Source: Squalus acanthias
Taxonomy: Eukaryota
Reading direction: 5' to 3'
Assembly (NCBI GenBank): GCA_030390025.1
Contig: CM059436.1
Span: 71,300,001-71,364,000, forward strand
DNA: 64,000 nt
Program-made: the position numbers and the translations under genes
Part shown: in pieces, positions 50,271 through 62,288 of the stretch
Layout: the number at the start of each line of letters is the position of its first letter
How positions within the stretch are numbered: position 1 is the stretch's first letter
The notes under the pieces: model-generated
The model's input: only the letters and a program-made list of their open reading frames with translations
Database searches by the model: none
Told to the model about the DNA's origin: nothing

Positions 50271-52967
50271 GTAAAGCCCAATTGGTGTGAGCATCCTCCT
50301 TGCTTTCGTGTCAGTCACACTGCTACTTTTGACGTTGACATAGCAGAAACCTTTTCTCATTGGTGTGAATGCAACTGTATTAATGCACTGTAAATGTACA
50401 TTTTAGTGTAACATTCATTGAAACGAGCATAAAATGTTCGGTGATAAGGCACACCCACCAGATGTGATATATTGAACATGTGCCTGCCTCTATTTTTGCT
50501 CCTACATGTTATTTTTCCCCCTGGTTAGCCAGGACTCTCGTCTAAACAACTACATTTTCTCTGGACGCACATGCAGTGAATTGATTCTGAAAAGGGGGCA
50601 CTCAGGCTTTCCCTACATAATCGCTGTTTGATGGCTCTTTACTGGACCTCGAGGTGTTAAAGCAGATCAAATAGAGAGCACTCCCAACAGGACCACAGCA
50701 TTACTACAGCATTTCTACATCATCCTAATCATTAATTTGTATTGTAAGATTTGAAGTTAATTTTGTTTGCTCTCCTAATGCATTGCAGCTCTCCCAGTGG
50801 TCTGTGGCATATCCATTCTCAAATTCCCATTCGAATCGATTGTTTGCAAATAATTAAGCTTTTAAGAGATAGTGGTTTGAAGCTAGTGCACACAACAAAT
50901 TAGAGGTCCAAATCATTATATATAGTACAATGCAAAATGTACCCTGATAGTCTGAGGTGACTATGGTGATTAAAGTATATTTGACTACAAATATCTGCTA
51001 AATATTTAGGTAGTAACGGCTGCATACTGGGGACTGTGAGCGGAGCCAGTGTAAGCAAGGGGTGCTGGGGGAACATCAAGTACAAAAGTTAACAGCTGCG
51101 TTGGATCCACAATGCAGGAGTTTAAGGAGCTAGCCATATTTAAGAATGAATTCTTTATTGTCTAGCAGCATCGGCAGCTTTGAAAGCTGTCCTTTTGCTT
51201 ATCTCCGAATGATGGTGTAATGTCTGCCAGGGCCTATGGTACAGGCTTTGCTCTGCTCGTGGGTGGGAAGGCAACATTAAATGGAATGTTTGTATAGCAG
51301 CCTGCCCTGTGGCAAGTTGGTTCATTGTGAAGTCATGGGTTTCTATCAAGGACAGTAATTCATTCACTTCTTCTAATTTGCCAGACAAGAGTTCACTTTC
51401 AGAAACTTTTATACCATATCAAATTTTTTTTCCAAGAAATGGTGTATTCCTTTTCTCCTTGATATTTTGCTTTGGGGGAGGGGAGTAACTGCGTGAAGTC
51501 ATGGTTTTCAAGTGATTAGAGCAATTATTTTTTTTCTCTAAATTCAAAAGTCATACTGGCAGGCAGTATACTGGCTGCATTAAACAACAGATCAGCTGAT
51601 CTAGGGAGTTCTAAGTCCCAGGAATTCATGTTTCCCCACATTTTTGTTGTTATTTTTAGCGTGGGCATATTATTCTGGCATTTAATTTAATTCTGACTGT
51701 CGACCAATCCTGTGCTTTTAAAAGGAAACACCAAATACTTTCCATTTGAGAATGGAGACAGAATTCTTGAATCCTAATAGCTGGAGGCTACGTATCAATT
51801 ATAGTTTAGCACATCAAATTAGATTCAGTTTATAGCAATTACCTAAAAATCAAATCACATGAAAAGTAACAGATTTGACAACAATTATTAAATAATAAAC
51901 AAGAAGGATTTATCTACTTTTTTAAGGAAAAAAGACAGCAAACTAATTTTTGAAGGTATTTTGAACAAATGAATTAGTTTCCCAAGAAAGCAGATTTTGG
52001 GCAGACTGTTATTTAGGCTTTGACCTGCCAATTATTTTCAGCATTCAATTGAACTGGTATGGATCATAACTACCCATAGATTCATTGCATTTTTCAATAC
52101 CTTTGATTTCATCATTTCAAAGTACAATTTGATTTTTTTTTAAATACAAATTTGATAAAAGAAAACTATAATATCCCTATAAGACTTTGAACAGTTCTCG
52201 GACTCCCAACATATATGAGAAATAATGTCAACTCGTCGCAACTTTCAAGGCGGCAGTTTGAGTCATACCCTTCGAGCACCGGCATGGGGTTCAGTGGTTT
52301 ACCTGGACAAAGGCTACAGTGGTTTCATCTGCATTCACCTCATAACCATCTTTGGAAGCAACAAAGTGTTAATCAGTAATCTAAAGTCGGATTGCTGGTG
52401 CTCTCTATAGGCACTGGTTCAAATTGGGCACAATGCGTAGTTTAATTTTAATGCAGCCATTATAGTGATAATATTAGCAGTGTAAAAGGTTTTACAGTGT
52501 TAAGACCACAGGGCAGTTTCTGCTAACACAGCAAGGGGTGACTGCTTAGCCGTTTAATGAAGACTCAGTTTGCCAGTTGGCACTATAAAAGTGTTTACTG
52601 TGTTGATCTGGAATTCTTTAAAAACAATTGTAGAAAACATAAATAAACAGAGTTTTTTTTAACACAGAAGATGGCCCTTCAGTCTGGCCTATTTAGACTG
52701 TAATTCAAAACGATTATAAAGGAAATCTTTGGTATACATAAAACGTTCTATTTTATACACTTCAGCTTTCTTGGGAAAGACCCTGATAGCGTTCCAATAA
52801 ACACAAAGTTATTTTACAAGTAACAGGAAACTCCCAGAACCCTGCAATCTGTAGTTACATGAGGTAATGGAAATGAGAAGAAAGCACCTCAGGAATTGAT
52901 TGTTATATCTAACCATTTACTGAAGAAGCTAGAAAATGATTGAAAATACACCAAACTTACTTTATAA

Positions 52968-53375
52968 TAAAGAAAGACTTGCATTTCTATAGCGCCTTTT
53001 ACGACCTCAGGACGTCCCAAAGTGCTTTACAGCCAATGAAGTACTTTTGAAGTGTAGTCACTGTTGTAATGTAGGAAACACAGCAGCCAATTTGCACACA
53101 GCAAGCTCCTACAAACAGCAATGTGATAATGACCAGATAGTCTGTTTTCGTGATGTTGATTGAGGGATAATATTGGCCAGGACACCGGGGAGAACTCCCC
53201 TGTTCTTCTTTGAAATAGTGCCATGGGATCTTTTACGTCCACCTGAAAGAGCAGACAGGGCCTCAGTTTAATGTCTCATCCGAAAGACGGCACCTCCGAC
53301 AGTACAGCACTCCCTCAGCACTGCACTGGAGTGTCAGCCTGGATTTTTGTGCTCAAGTCCCTGGAGTGGAACTTG
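52968..53375 (-). mobile_element. DeuSINE-like SINE
   Basis: Colinear with 25740-26130 and 40130-40516. Confidence 0.9.
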
Positions 53376-53607
53376 GGTGCTGTCTTTGGGAGCCTGGCGA
53401 TAAAGAGGTGTACATTGGATGGCATTATTATATGATTTCTATGTTAAGAGAGGGAGCAATCAACAAAGCATTTTATATCAGAGGCCACGGTATATCAGAG
53501 AGTATTCTAATGGAGGGATAGCATTAGATGTTCCATGTATTATTGCCACTGAGCTTATTCCATGCATTGTATACCAATATACCGTAAGATATATCACAAC
53601 TTAAGTT

Positions 53608-54342
53608 AAAGAAAAAAACTGCATTTATATAGTGCTTTCATGTTCTCAGGATACCCGAAAGCACTTCATAGTCAATAAAATACTTTTGAACTGTAGTAAC
53701 TATTTTACTTTAGCCAGCCAATTTTTGCACAGCAAGGTCCCACAATCAGCTAATCTATTTTAGTGGTGTTAGTTACAAAGTATTACAAAGTATTTACAGC
53801 ACAGAAACAGGCCATTCAGCCCAACAAGTCCATGCCTGCCCAGCAAAATAAAATAGTTACTACACTTTAAAACCAGCCCAGTGGTACATTGGATAGAGCA
53901 ATGGACTGCTAGTCACTGAAAAACACAATCACAGTTTGTGGCTTCCAGTCCTACCAAAGTTGAATGTTAGGTCAGGGTTCCATGGTTATGGTGCTGGACA
54001 GTGAAGGTTTTGTGGAGGAGGCTCAAGGGGCCATATGGCCTACTCCTGCTGCTATTTTTTATGCTCCACACGAGCCTCCTCCCACCCCTCTTCATCTAAT
54101 CCCATCAACATACCCTTCTATTCCTTTCTCCCTCCTGTGCTTATTTAAATGGATAAATATTGGCCAGGACACCAGGAGAACTCCTCTGATCTTCGAATAG
54201 CGCCATGGGATCTTTTACATCCATTTGAAAGGGCAGACAGGGTTTCATGTCTAATCCAAAAGACGGCACCTCCAACAGTGCAGCACTCCCTCAGTACTGC
54301 ACTGAAGTGTCGGCCTAGATTATGTGCTCAAGTCTCTGGAGT
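53608..54342 (-). mobile_element. DeuSINE-like SINE split (53608-53775, 54149-54342) by a CR1 tail that is itself interrupted
   Basis: SINE text stops at TTTTAGTGGTGTT and resumes at GGATAAATATTGGCCAGGACACC; CR1 tail halves at 53790-53836 and 54058-54148. Confidence 0.75.
53875..53962 (+). pseudogene. Decayed intron-containing tRNA-Arg(TCT)-derived sequence (tRNA pseudogene or SINE head)
   Basis: Ungapped 37+15+36 layout; about 75% match to vertebrate tRNA-Arg-TCT exons as recalled (GTGG..CA.TGGATAG.GCA.TGGACT.CTA / TTGTGG.TTC.A.TCC.ACCA.AGT.G); anticodon position reads GCT, B box and stems damaged. Confidence 0.7.
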
Positions 54343-55427
54343 GGTAAAAATACTTGGATCACTGATCCAAAGCTGAGACTTAAATGAATATGTTGTAATG
54401 TTGTTCCAATACTCTTCTTGTGTGATGCTCATCACCTTAAATTGCTCCATTCCCTAGCACCACCTGTGACAGACTTTTAACCACCAGTATTTTGCCTTAG
54501 TGCTGTATAGCTCTTTCAAACTAGCCAAAATCTACAATTCTGCTGTTGAGTCATTGCACTTAACTGAGTTCTAGTGACAGTGCAAGTTATGTCTTGGGTA
54601 TAACATTTGTATCTTTGTGAGATTTGCAAGTAACTGAAGGGAATGTTAAGTAGGGAATGTTTCTCAAGGTAAAACAAAATAAATCTGTGGTTCACTCATC
54701 ATAATGAATGAAGACTAGCAACTCTGCATACATTGTCATCTACAGCTGCTGTTACACGCCCATTTCCATTTGACATCAATGCAAATTAGGCTGTATAACT
54801 CCGGAATCAGAGTGGTGATCTGGCTCCCTATTGCACAGGGGGTGGTATAACTCAGGTCGAGTGCAAAGCTGCTTTTGAACAGTGTCCACATGGCTGTTTG
54901 AACAGTCTGGATACTTTATCGTCTTAAGCAGAATCTTTCTAAAGAATGAGAGTGTGTACTTCCCGCTTGCATTCTCAAAACATTAATAATTGATCAGGCA
55001 GGGAGCCGAGCTCGATGCACGCACAAAGGCACACATCTTAGGACACTTCCTCGCTGAGCTCGGTGCCGAGACCCAGCATCGTGCAGTCTGCAGTATAACT
55101 TTGGTCTACGGGATATGCAATGCATTCTACACCTACCAGTCTCAGGCTGGAGGTGCAGTTTGACAGCAGCATTATGTTCTCCAATTCAGAAGCTATGAAA
55201 AAGACCATATCAATTATTCAAGTCAAAATAAGAAATATGCAGCAGGACTGCTTTTTTGAATGTTGTTTTAGTGATCTGAGAACTTAATGTGTTTTTATTA
55301 TCGAACTGCTTTTATTCCCCCTAAAGTAAGGCAGAAAGCTTTTGTTGTTTTTACTATTAGATTATAATAAAGTAGCACCAAGAATTTTCCACACTTCAAA
55401 TCAGATTCAGTTCTTCTCAGGCAACTA

Positions 55428-56230
55428 ACTCTGTTCCTTAGCCACCGACTCCAGCCCTCTCCCCGGCAACTGTCTGAGGCTGAACCAAACTGTTCAAAAC
55501 CTTGGTTTCATATTTTATCCTGAAATGAGCTTCCAACCACATATCCGCGCCATCACTAAGACTGCCTATTTCCACCCCTGTAACATCGCCCGACTCTGCC
55601 CCTGCCTCAGCTCATCCGCTGCTGAAACCCTCATCCATGCCTTTGTTGCCTCGAGACTTGACTATTCCAACACACTCCTGGCCGGCCCCCCACGTTCTAC
55701 CCTATGTAAACTTGAGGTCATCCAAAACTCGGCTGCCCGTGTCCTAACTCACACCAAGTCCCGTTCACCCATCACACCTGTGCTCGCTGACCTACATTGG
55801 CTCCCGGTTAAGCAGCGCCTCGATTTTAAAATTCTCATCCTTGTTTTCAAATCCCTCCATGGCCTCGCCCCTCCCTATCTCTGTAATCTCCTCCAGCCCC
55901 ACAATCCTCCGAGATCTCTGCGCTCCTCCAATTCTGGCCTCTTGAGCATCCCCGATTTTAATCGCTCCACCATTAGCGGCCGTGCCTTCAGCTGCCAAGT
56001 CCCTAAGCTCTGGAATTCCCTCCCTAACCCTCTCCGTCTCTCTACCTCTCTCTCCTCCTTTAAGATGCTCCGTAAAACCTACCTCTTTGACCAAGTTTTT
56101 GGTCATCTGCTCTAATATCTCCTTATGTGACTCGATGTCAAATTTTGTTTGATAATCGCTCCTGTGAAGTGCTTTGGGACGTTTTACTACCTTAAAATCA
56201 TTATATAAATGCAAGTTGTTGTTGTTGTTG
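55428..56230 (+). mobile_element. L2-clade LINE 3' fragment, longest copy; 196-aa open ORF2 C-terminal remnant
   Basis: ORF 55525-56115 SRLDYSNTLL..IQNSAARVLT..LADLHWLPVKQRLDFKIL..RAFSCQVPKLWNSLP..FKMLRKTYLF; (TTG)n end; no RT catalytic core. Confidence 0.95.
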
Positions 56231-56760
56231 ATGTATTGACAATGGTCAATATTGCATTAGGTAGTATTCAAAGCTGTTCTGGTTTTATTACATGAAATTA
56301 GGATCAATTTTGTTATTATTTGAAAACTTTTAGAATGGTGTCATCAGAAAATTCCAATTACTGGACTTCAGATTCCCAGTTTGGTGGTTATTTTCAAAAA
56401 TTAGAATTTTATAATATCGCATACCCAAAGGAAAAATGGCAAGCAGGTACTAATTAATTTTTATGGTCTCTGTCAAATTGCCTGTCTAGTGTTCTAATAA
56501 TCTTGAGTGAGCAGGTACAGCAAGCATCTTAATTAATGTAGCTGTTTCTACACTTCACTTAACTTTATAATTGGCTTCCCATTTGCTGCCATTAATTAGA
56601 CGATTTCAGATCCCACTAAGGCTGAGGAGAATACCGCACCTCAGCTCACTTACATTAATTAATGAACACATTCCGACTTAATGCATTTTCACAGTGCTTA
56701 TAAGTACTTTTACCTGATTGTGTTGTCCTAACTGTGCCTCTTCGGTTTGGCATCTTTCAG

Positions 56761-56837
56761 CATCCTTATCCTTCAGAAGAACAGAAGAAGCAACTGGCTC
56801 AAGATACAGGGCTTACTATTCTACAAGTGAACAACTG
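56761..56837 (+). CDS. MEIS1: MEIS-family TALE homeobox gene, next internal exon (equivalent to exon 9): PYP TALE loop, helix 2, start of helix 3
   Basis: Branch-like CCTAAC at 56727-56732, pyrimidine-rich tract ending TTTCAG at 56760, GTACGT donor at 56838. 77 nt translating [25 protein letters not shown](W), in frame with the 16787-16932 exon (phase 0 junction). Confidence 0.96.
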
Positions 56838-57077
56838 GTACGTAGTTTGACTTAGTTTACATACAGACAGCACTGCAGCCTCTGGCAAATTACCGCTAAT
56901 GATCTGCATTACGACAACACACCTCTCTGCTGTTTGTGTTCCCTTGGAATCGCTCAGAAAAAGAAAGGTGTTCCCTGTTTGGATAATCAGTGACTATTTT
57001 GATTTGATTTTCCTCTTAATCCATGTGCATAGGTTAAATTTGATTACATTTTAATTAAGATGTCTATATAATACTCC

Positions 57078-57373
57078 TCCATTTCTGGCCTCTTGAGCAT
57101 CTCCGATTTCAGTCGCTCCACCATTGCCGGCCGTGCCTTCAGCTGCCTAGGCCCGAAGCTCTGGAATTCCCTCCCTAAACCTCTCCATCTCTCCACCTCT
57201 CTCTCCTTCTTTCAGATGCTCCTTAAAGCCTACCTCTTCGACCAAGCTTTTGGTCACCTGCCCTAATATCTCCTTATATGACTCGGTGTCAAATTTTGTT
57301 TTGTGAAGCGCCTTGGGACGTTTTACTACACTAAAGGCGCTATATAAATGCAAGTTGTTGTTGTTGTTGTTGC
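57078..57373 (+). mobile_element. L2-clade LINE 3' fragment
   Basis: Same body; ends AAAGGCGCTATATAAATGCAAG(TTG)n. Confidence 0.92.
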
Positions 57374-58289
57374 TGTAATTTGATTGAGCCTCCCTTTCGA
57401 TAACTACAAAGAAAAATGACAAACAATGGTAACTTTATAAGAACTTTTTTTCTGTTCTGTTGGGCAAGAGAAATACTGTCCAGATATATAATTCTGTTTA
57501 AATACTGAATGGCAATGGCATCATCGGGGAAATAGCTTGGAGCAGTCGCTGGTGCCGAGCTTGACATGTGTGAGGGAACTGCATTACCATCAGTAGATAC
57601 AGTCATTAACCCAGGGTGCTTTAGTGTTCTTGTCATTTCAACTGTGTGTTAATTCAGCTCCCTCGCGCTCCAGGCAAATTCCCAGATGATGTCATCAACA
57701 CTTCTGTGTTTGAACAGAAATATGCAAACAAAAATACAAGGAAACAAAAAGATATTACAATGAGATCTTTCTCAGCTCTTTGTCACTGATCTTTAAAAAA
57801 GTAAGATGCGCTCTTTAAACTTAAATGTCACTGTCACATTTTAAATGTTGGCTTTAACAAGGTTTAAACTGGCCGTCACACAATGGCAGTGGTTTAGCTA
57901 ATTTACATAGGAGAGAAGTTGCAAAACACGTTATAGTTCAAATACCAACCTTGTCCTCAATTCAATTTCCATTACATCTGTTAAGTTATATTTGGTCCAA
58001 TTATCTGACTGAATTATAGATTTAAAGTAGTTTGCATCCCCTGCACATCCCCGCCTCCCCCCCCCCCCCCCCCCCGCCCCCCACCCCCCACCACTCTCCT
58101 TTCCTGACACTTGTTGGGTCATTGTCCTTTAGCCACCAGCTGTACCTCAGTCTTTGGTTCCCCTGACCTAGGCAGCCATTCTTTACATGCAAGCAGGTGC
58201 CATCAGTTATTCAGCCAGAAGAACTGGTATTTATATAACACCTTTAAAGTAGAAAAACATCCCACAGTGCTTCACAGAGGCATAAAGAA

Positions 58290-58568
58290 AAATGTGAGTG
58301 TGGAGGGGACCACAGCTGACCCTGTCCTCAGCCGATGTCCACACAAGATCACTGTGCAGCAGTCAGGGATGGGAAGCTGAGCTGATTTTTTCCCCCCTCT
58401 CTAGCCTAGGGATTCATAGCCCTGTACCTACTGCCCTAGCTGAGGCCAGCTAACTCAGCGTAAACTAGGATTGAACCCGGGATCTTCCGATTTATCTGAT
58501 TCATCTGCTGGTCTGCATGACTTGATTCTACATCAGAAAGTTTGATTATCTCCTCGGCCATCAGGGGA
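58290..58568 (-). mobile_element. Old tRNA-head SINE
   Basis: GCTGAGGCCAGCTAACTCAGC and GGATTGAACC (minus-strand B box GGTTCAATCC). Confidence 0.6.
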
Positions 58569-58627
58569 ACCACACTGCACATGTTTTAGGTATGCTGTCA
58601 TGTAAAGCTGATTTTATACCATTAAAG

Positions 58628-58875
58628 AATGAAAGAACTTGCATTTATATAGCATCTTTCACAACATCCCAACACACTTTGCAGCCAATGAAGTACTTTT
58701 GAAGCGTGGTCATTGTTGGGGCCACGGTTCAGCATCTCATCTGATCCGACAGTCCAGCACTCCCTCAGCACTGCACTGAAGCTGAGCTTATGTGCTTGAG
58801 TCCGTGGATTGGGGCTTGAACCTATGACTTTCTGACTCCGAGGTGAGAGTGCTACCAGGGAACTAAGACTGACAC
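58628..58875 (-). mobile_element. Internally deleted DeuSINE-like SINE
   Basis: Tail joined to head portion (TTCTGACTCCGAGGTGAGAGTGCTACC) with most of the Deu domain missing. Confidence 0.8.
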
Positions 58876-58989
58876 CTACTATTCTTTCCATTTGGATTCG
58901 AGTCGCTGCCTGGCTCCTGGTACTTATGAAATTAAATCCAGTTTCCATAGCCAGATAGCAGACTCAAGTGTTCAAATTGGCTGTCATGT

Positions 58990-59535
58990 TTGCCTGCATA
59001 ACACCAGTGACTACACTTCAAAAGTAATTCATTGGCTGTGAAGCACTTTGAGATGTCATGAATATGCAAAAAGGTGCTATATAAATGCTCTCGCCTCTGA
59101 CTCAATAGGTTGTGGGCTCAAGTCCCACTCCAGAGTCTTGAGCACAAAAATCTAGGCTGACACTCCAGTGCAGTGCTGAGGGAGCGCTGCACTGTCTGAG
59201 GTGCCGTCTTTTGGATGAGACGTTAAACCGAGGCACCATCTGCTCTCTCAGGTGGACGTAAAAGATCCCATGGCACTATTTCAAAGGAGAGCAGGGGAGT
59301 TATCCCTGGGGTCCTGGCCAATATTTATCCCTCAATCAACATCTTTAAAACAGATTATCTGGCCATTATCACATTGCTGTTTGTGGGAGCTTGCTGTGCA
59401 CAAATTGGCTGCTGCGTTTCTTACATTACAACAGTGACAACACTTCAGAGGTACTTCATTGGCTGTAAAGCGCTGTGGGACGTCCTGAAGTCATAAAAAC
59501 CGCTATAAATGCAAGTCTTTCTTTTTTCTTTCTTC
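58990..59535 (+). mobile_element. DeuSINE-like tail (58990-59088) directly followed by a near full-length copy (59088-59535)
   Basis: GCTATATAAATGC runs into CTCTCGCCTCTGA..GGGCTCAAGTCCC; Deu domain GGATGAGACGTTAAACCGAGG; T/C-rich terminal repeats. Confidence 0.88.
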
Positions 59536-60493
59536 AACACGGAATCACATTCTCCTTCAATCTTCTTTTTCTTCTAATGAAAACAGGATCAGTTCTATGA
59601 TTCTTTCCTCACAACTAAGACTGCAGCTATACTGCCACTTCCATATTGATACAAAGCAGTTTCATCCACACAAAAGTGTAAGGGTAACTCAGAAGGCAGA
59701 TTCCAATCTGATTCCTGAATGTGTTAAAGTCAAGTGGTATGTGACCAGATCCGGGAGATAATCTCACACACTACGGCTTCACAGCTGTCTCTAACCCAGT
59801 TCAAACTGGGTTTAGAAAGTATTCCGAGTGAGGCCTCCTGGTCACTTTATAAACGGAGTGTTGCATCGTTCAATGTCATGAGAAAACAAATGCTGCCACT
59901 CAATTTTTCGCAAACATTAAAAACATAACCACCACAGTGCAGCTCTGCGTGTGTGTTTGCGCACAGCTCCCTCTAGTCTAGGAGACGGTGAATCCCAGCT
60001 GTCGTGTCACTCTGGTCTTCCTCGCTGTGCTTCATAATCTAGCATAACTGCAGCCTTGGAGCCCAAAGCACTCCAGAACAGAACAGCTCACTCACTATCC
60101 CCAAAACAGTGCTTCTATTCTGTACGACCTGTATGCTGTTTGATGATCTTGAGCATTTTCTACACTAACAATATTGGGATAACTGTTCTATAATTTCCAG
60201 GTTCATTCCTAATCTTCATGTCAGGACATTTTCACGTCCCACATCAACCATTCTTCTGGTCTTTCAGCTTGAAAATCACTGCCAAATTCTGGGCACTGTT
60301 TCAGGAACTGATCCAAGACTGCCCAACTCATGTTGATTAGGATTCATTAGAGAGAAGAGACTTTCAGATATGAGTGTACCCAGGATTCAAACCCAAGTTT
60401 CATACGAGAAAGAATAGTGTTCTAATTCCCTATAATCCCCTACTCCTATAAAGCAAGGCTTATTTAATATAGTTATTATTTTATTTGCACTTT

Positions 60494-61798
60494 GGCTGCG
60501 AATTTAATTCTGGAGGCAGGATGGGGGTGGGTCAGCTGTTTTCCAGGTTCCAGTCCCACCCCAGCTGCCTCCACTCTGCAGACGTGATTTTCCATTGATT
60601 GGCCTTGTTAAGCCGGCCCTGCGGGCTTACCGGCCAATTAACAGGAAGCGGGTCTGATGACGTCATTTGATGACGCGTCATCTGCCGCTTTCCTTAAAGG
60701 GACCATGCACAATTTTATTTTGACAGTTGATCTGTCAATGTTCTACAGCATTGAGGTGCTGCAAACACTGACAATCACTGCACAGAGGTGGACGGTTGCA
60801 CCCAGGCTCTCCAATGACTCCTTCCATATGCAGGGAGGTTCTCTTCCCTTCCATAGGCGGAAGAGACTTCCCCAGGACACCAACTTACCTTGATCCTCCA
60901 CCCAACCCTCTCTATCTACTTTATCACTTCCCCCATCTCACTAGCCACCCCTCACACTCACCCTCATCCTACTGCAAGTACACCAACTAACAACACACAA
61001 GGGTAGGCACTTGAGAGGTTTAGCCAATGTCCATGTGAAGTTTCTGGTAATGTGTTGTCATACAGTGTAATATCTTTTTCCAAAAGTGCCCCTTATTGGA
61101 CAGATCTGAGCGCACATTGAGAAGTGTCTTACTGAGTCCCAGTGATAGTTCAGTCATAACTCCCCCCCCCCCCCCCCCGCCACCCCGCTATAGTGATGAG
61201 TGTGCATGGAATGGCTTGGACATTAAAGGGAAGCTTCACGGTGCTGGTGTGGGATGGTGTCAACCTGGCGCATCTTGTGGCAGCCAGGGTTTACAGCGTC
61301 AAGTGAAGAAAGTCTGGCCATGGTGATGCCATCGCTGGGCTCCCGGCCAGCAATTTTGTCAGGGGCTGATGTCCTGTGACCAGTGCAGCATCAGGTGGGT
61401 GAGGAGGAGGTTGGCGCTCCTGGTGCTGGTTGGTTGGTGCTGCCGCGGCTGCTCTTCCTCCGAATCTGACGACCAGGATGAGAGGATACAAATGGTTCCC
61501 ATCCCATTGCTATAGATTTCAGTTGCATCAAGAAGCTTGCGAGCGCACACTCAAAGTGGCCTGAAATTATTCCAATCAGGTAACACTGCAGATGGGTGTC
61601 AGCTTGAACAGGCTCTTAACTGCCTTAACTACCTGTCCCACCGGTTCCAGTCGGGTCAGTTTGGGAGCGGTTGACCCGACACTCACAGAAATCGTGTGGG
61701 GGCGGGATGGAGGCGGGTTGGCAGTCGGATGCCATTTTTTCCAATTTTCGCCGACTCGCCTCCAAACCCACCTCCTCAGGGCTATTAAAATTGAGCCC
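60494..61798. mobile_element. Internally deleted PIF/Harbinger-like DNA transposon remnant
   Basis: Right end ATTAAAATTGAGCCC, decayed left end; subterminal blocks shared with 29882-30718; + strand remnant APRLSNDS..REVLFPS resembling the start of a Myb/SANT-like (NAIF1/MSANTD4-type) domain. Confidence 0.6.
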
Positions 61799-61837
61799 TC
61801 AGTTTATCTTAGCATAAATAATCTGGAATATTATTAT

Positions 61838-62288
61838 CGTAGAATGATACAGCACAGAAGGAGGCCATTTGGCCCATTGTGCCTGTGCTGGCTCTTGAAA
61901 GAGCTGATCCAATTAGTCCCACTCCCCCTTGCCCTTTCCATACAGCCCTACAATTTTTTTCCCCTTTAGGTATTTATTAATTTCCCTTTTGAAAGTTATT
62001 ATTGACTCTGCTTTCAGGAGTGCAATCCAGATCACAACAATTCGTTACGTAAAGAAAAAAAATCCTCATCTCACCTCTGGCTCTTTTGCCAATCACCTTA
62101 AATCTGTGTCCTCTGGCTACCGACCCTCCTGCCAGTGGAAACAGTTTCTCCTTATTTGTTGTATTAAAACCCTTCATAATTTTGAACACCTCTATTAAAT
62201 CTCCCTTTAACCTTCTCTGATCTAAGGAGAACAACCCCAGGTTCTCTAGTCTCTCCATGTAACTGAAGTCCTGCATTCCTGATACCAT
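61838..62288 (-). mobile_element. CR1 LINE 3' fragment
   Basis: ORF 61977-62288 FSYMERLENLGLFSLDQRRLKGDLIEVFKIMKG..RGHRFKVIG plus tail. Confidence 0.92.

Noticed and set aside
53875-53962. Functional tRNA gene (Ser-GCT or Arg-TCT)
   Set aside because: Acceptor, D and T stems are mismatched and the B box reads GCTTCCAGTCC; kept only as a pseudogene or SINE head.
55525-56115. 196-aa ORF as a possible host gene or active reverse transcriptase
   Set aside because: It is the C-terminal end of L2 ORF2 in a 5'-truncated copy; no catalytic core or endonuclease domain.
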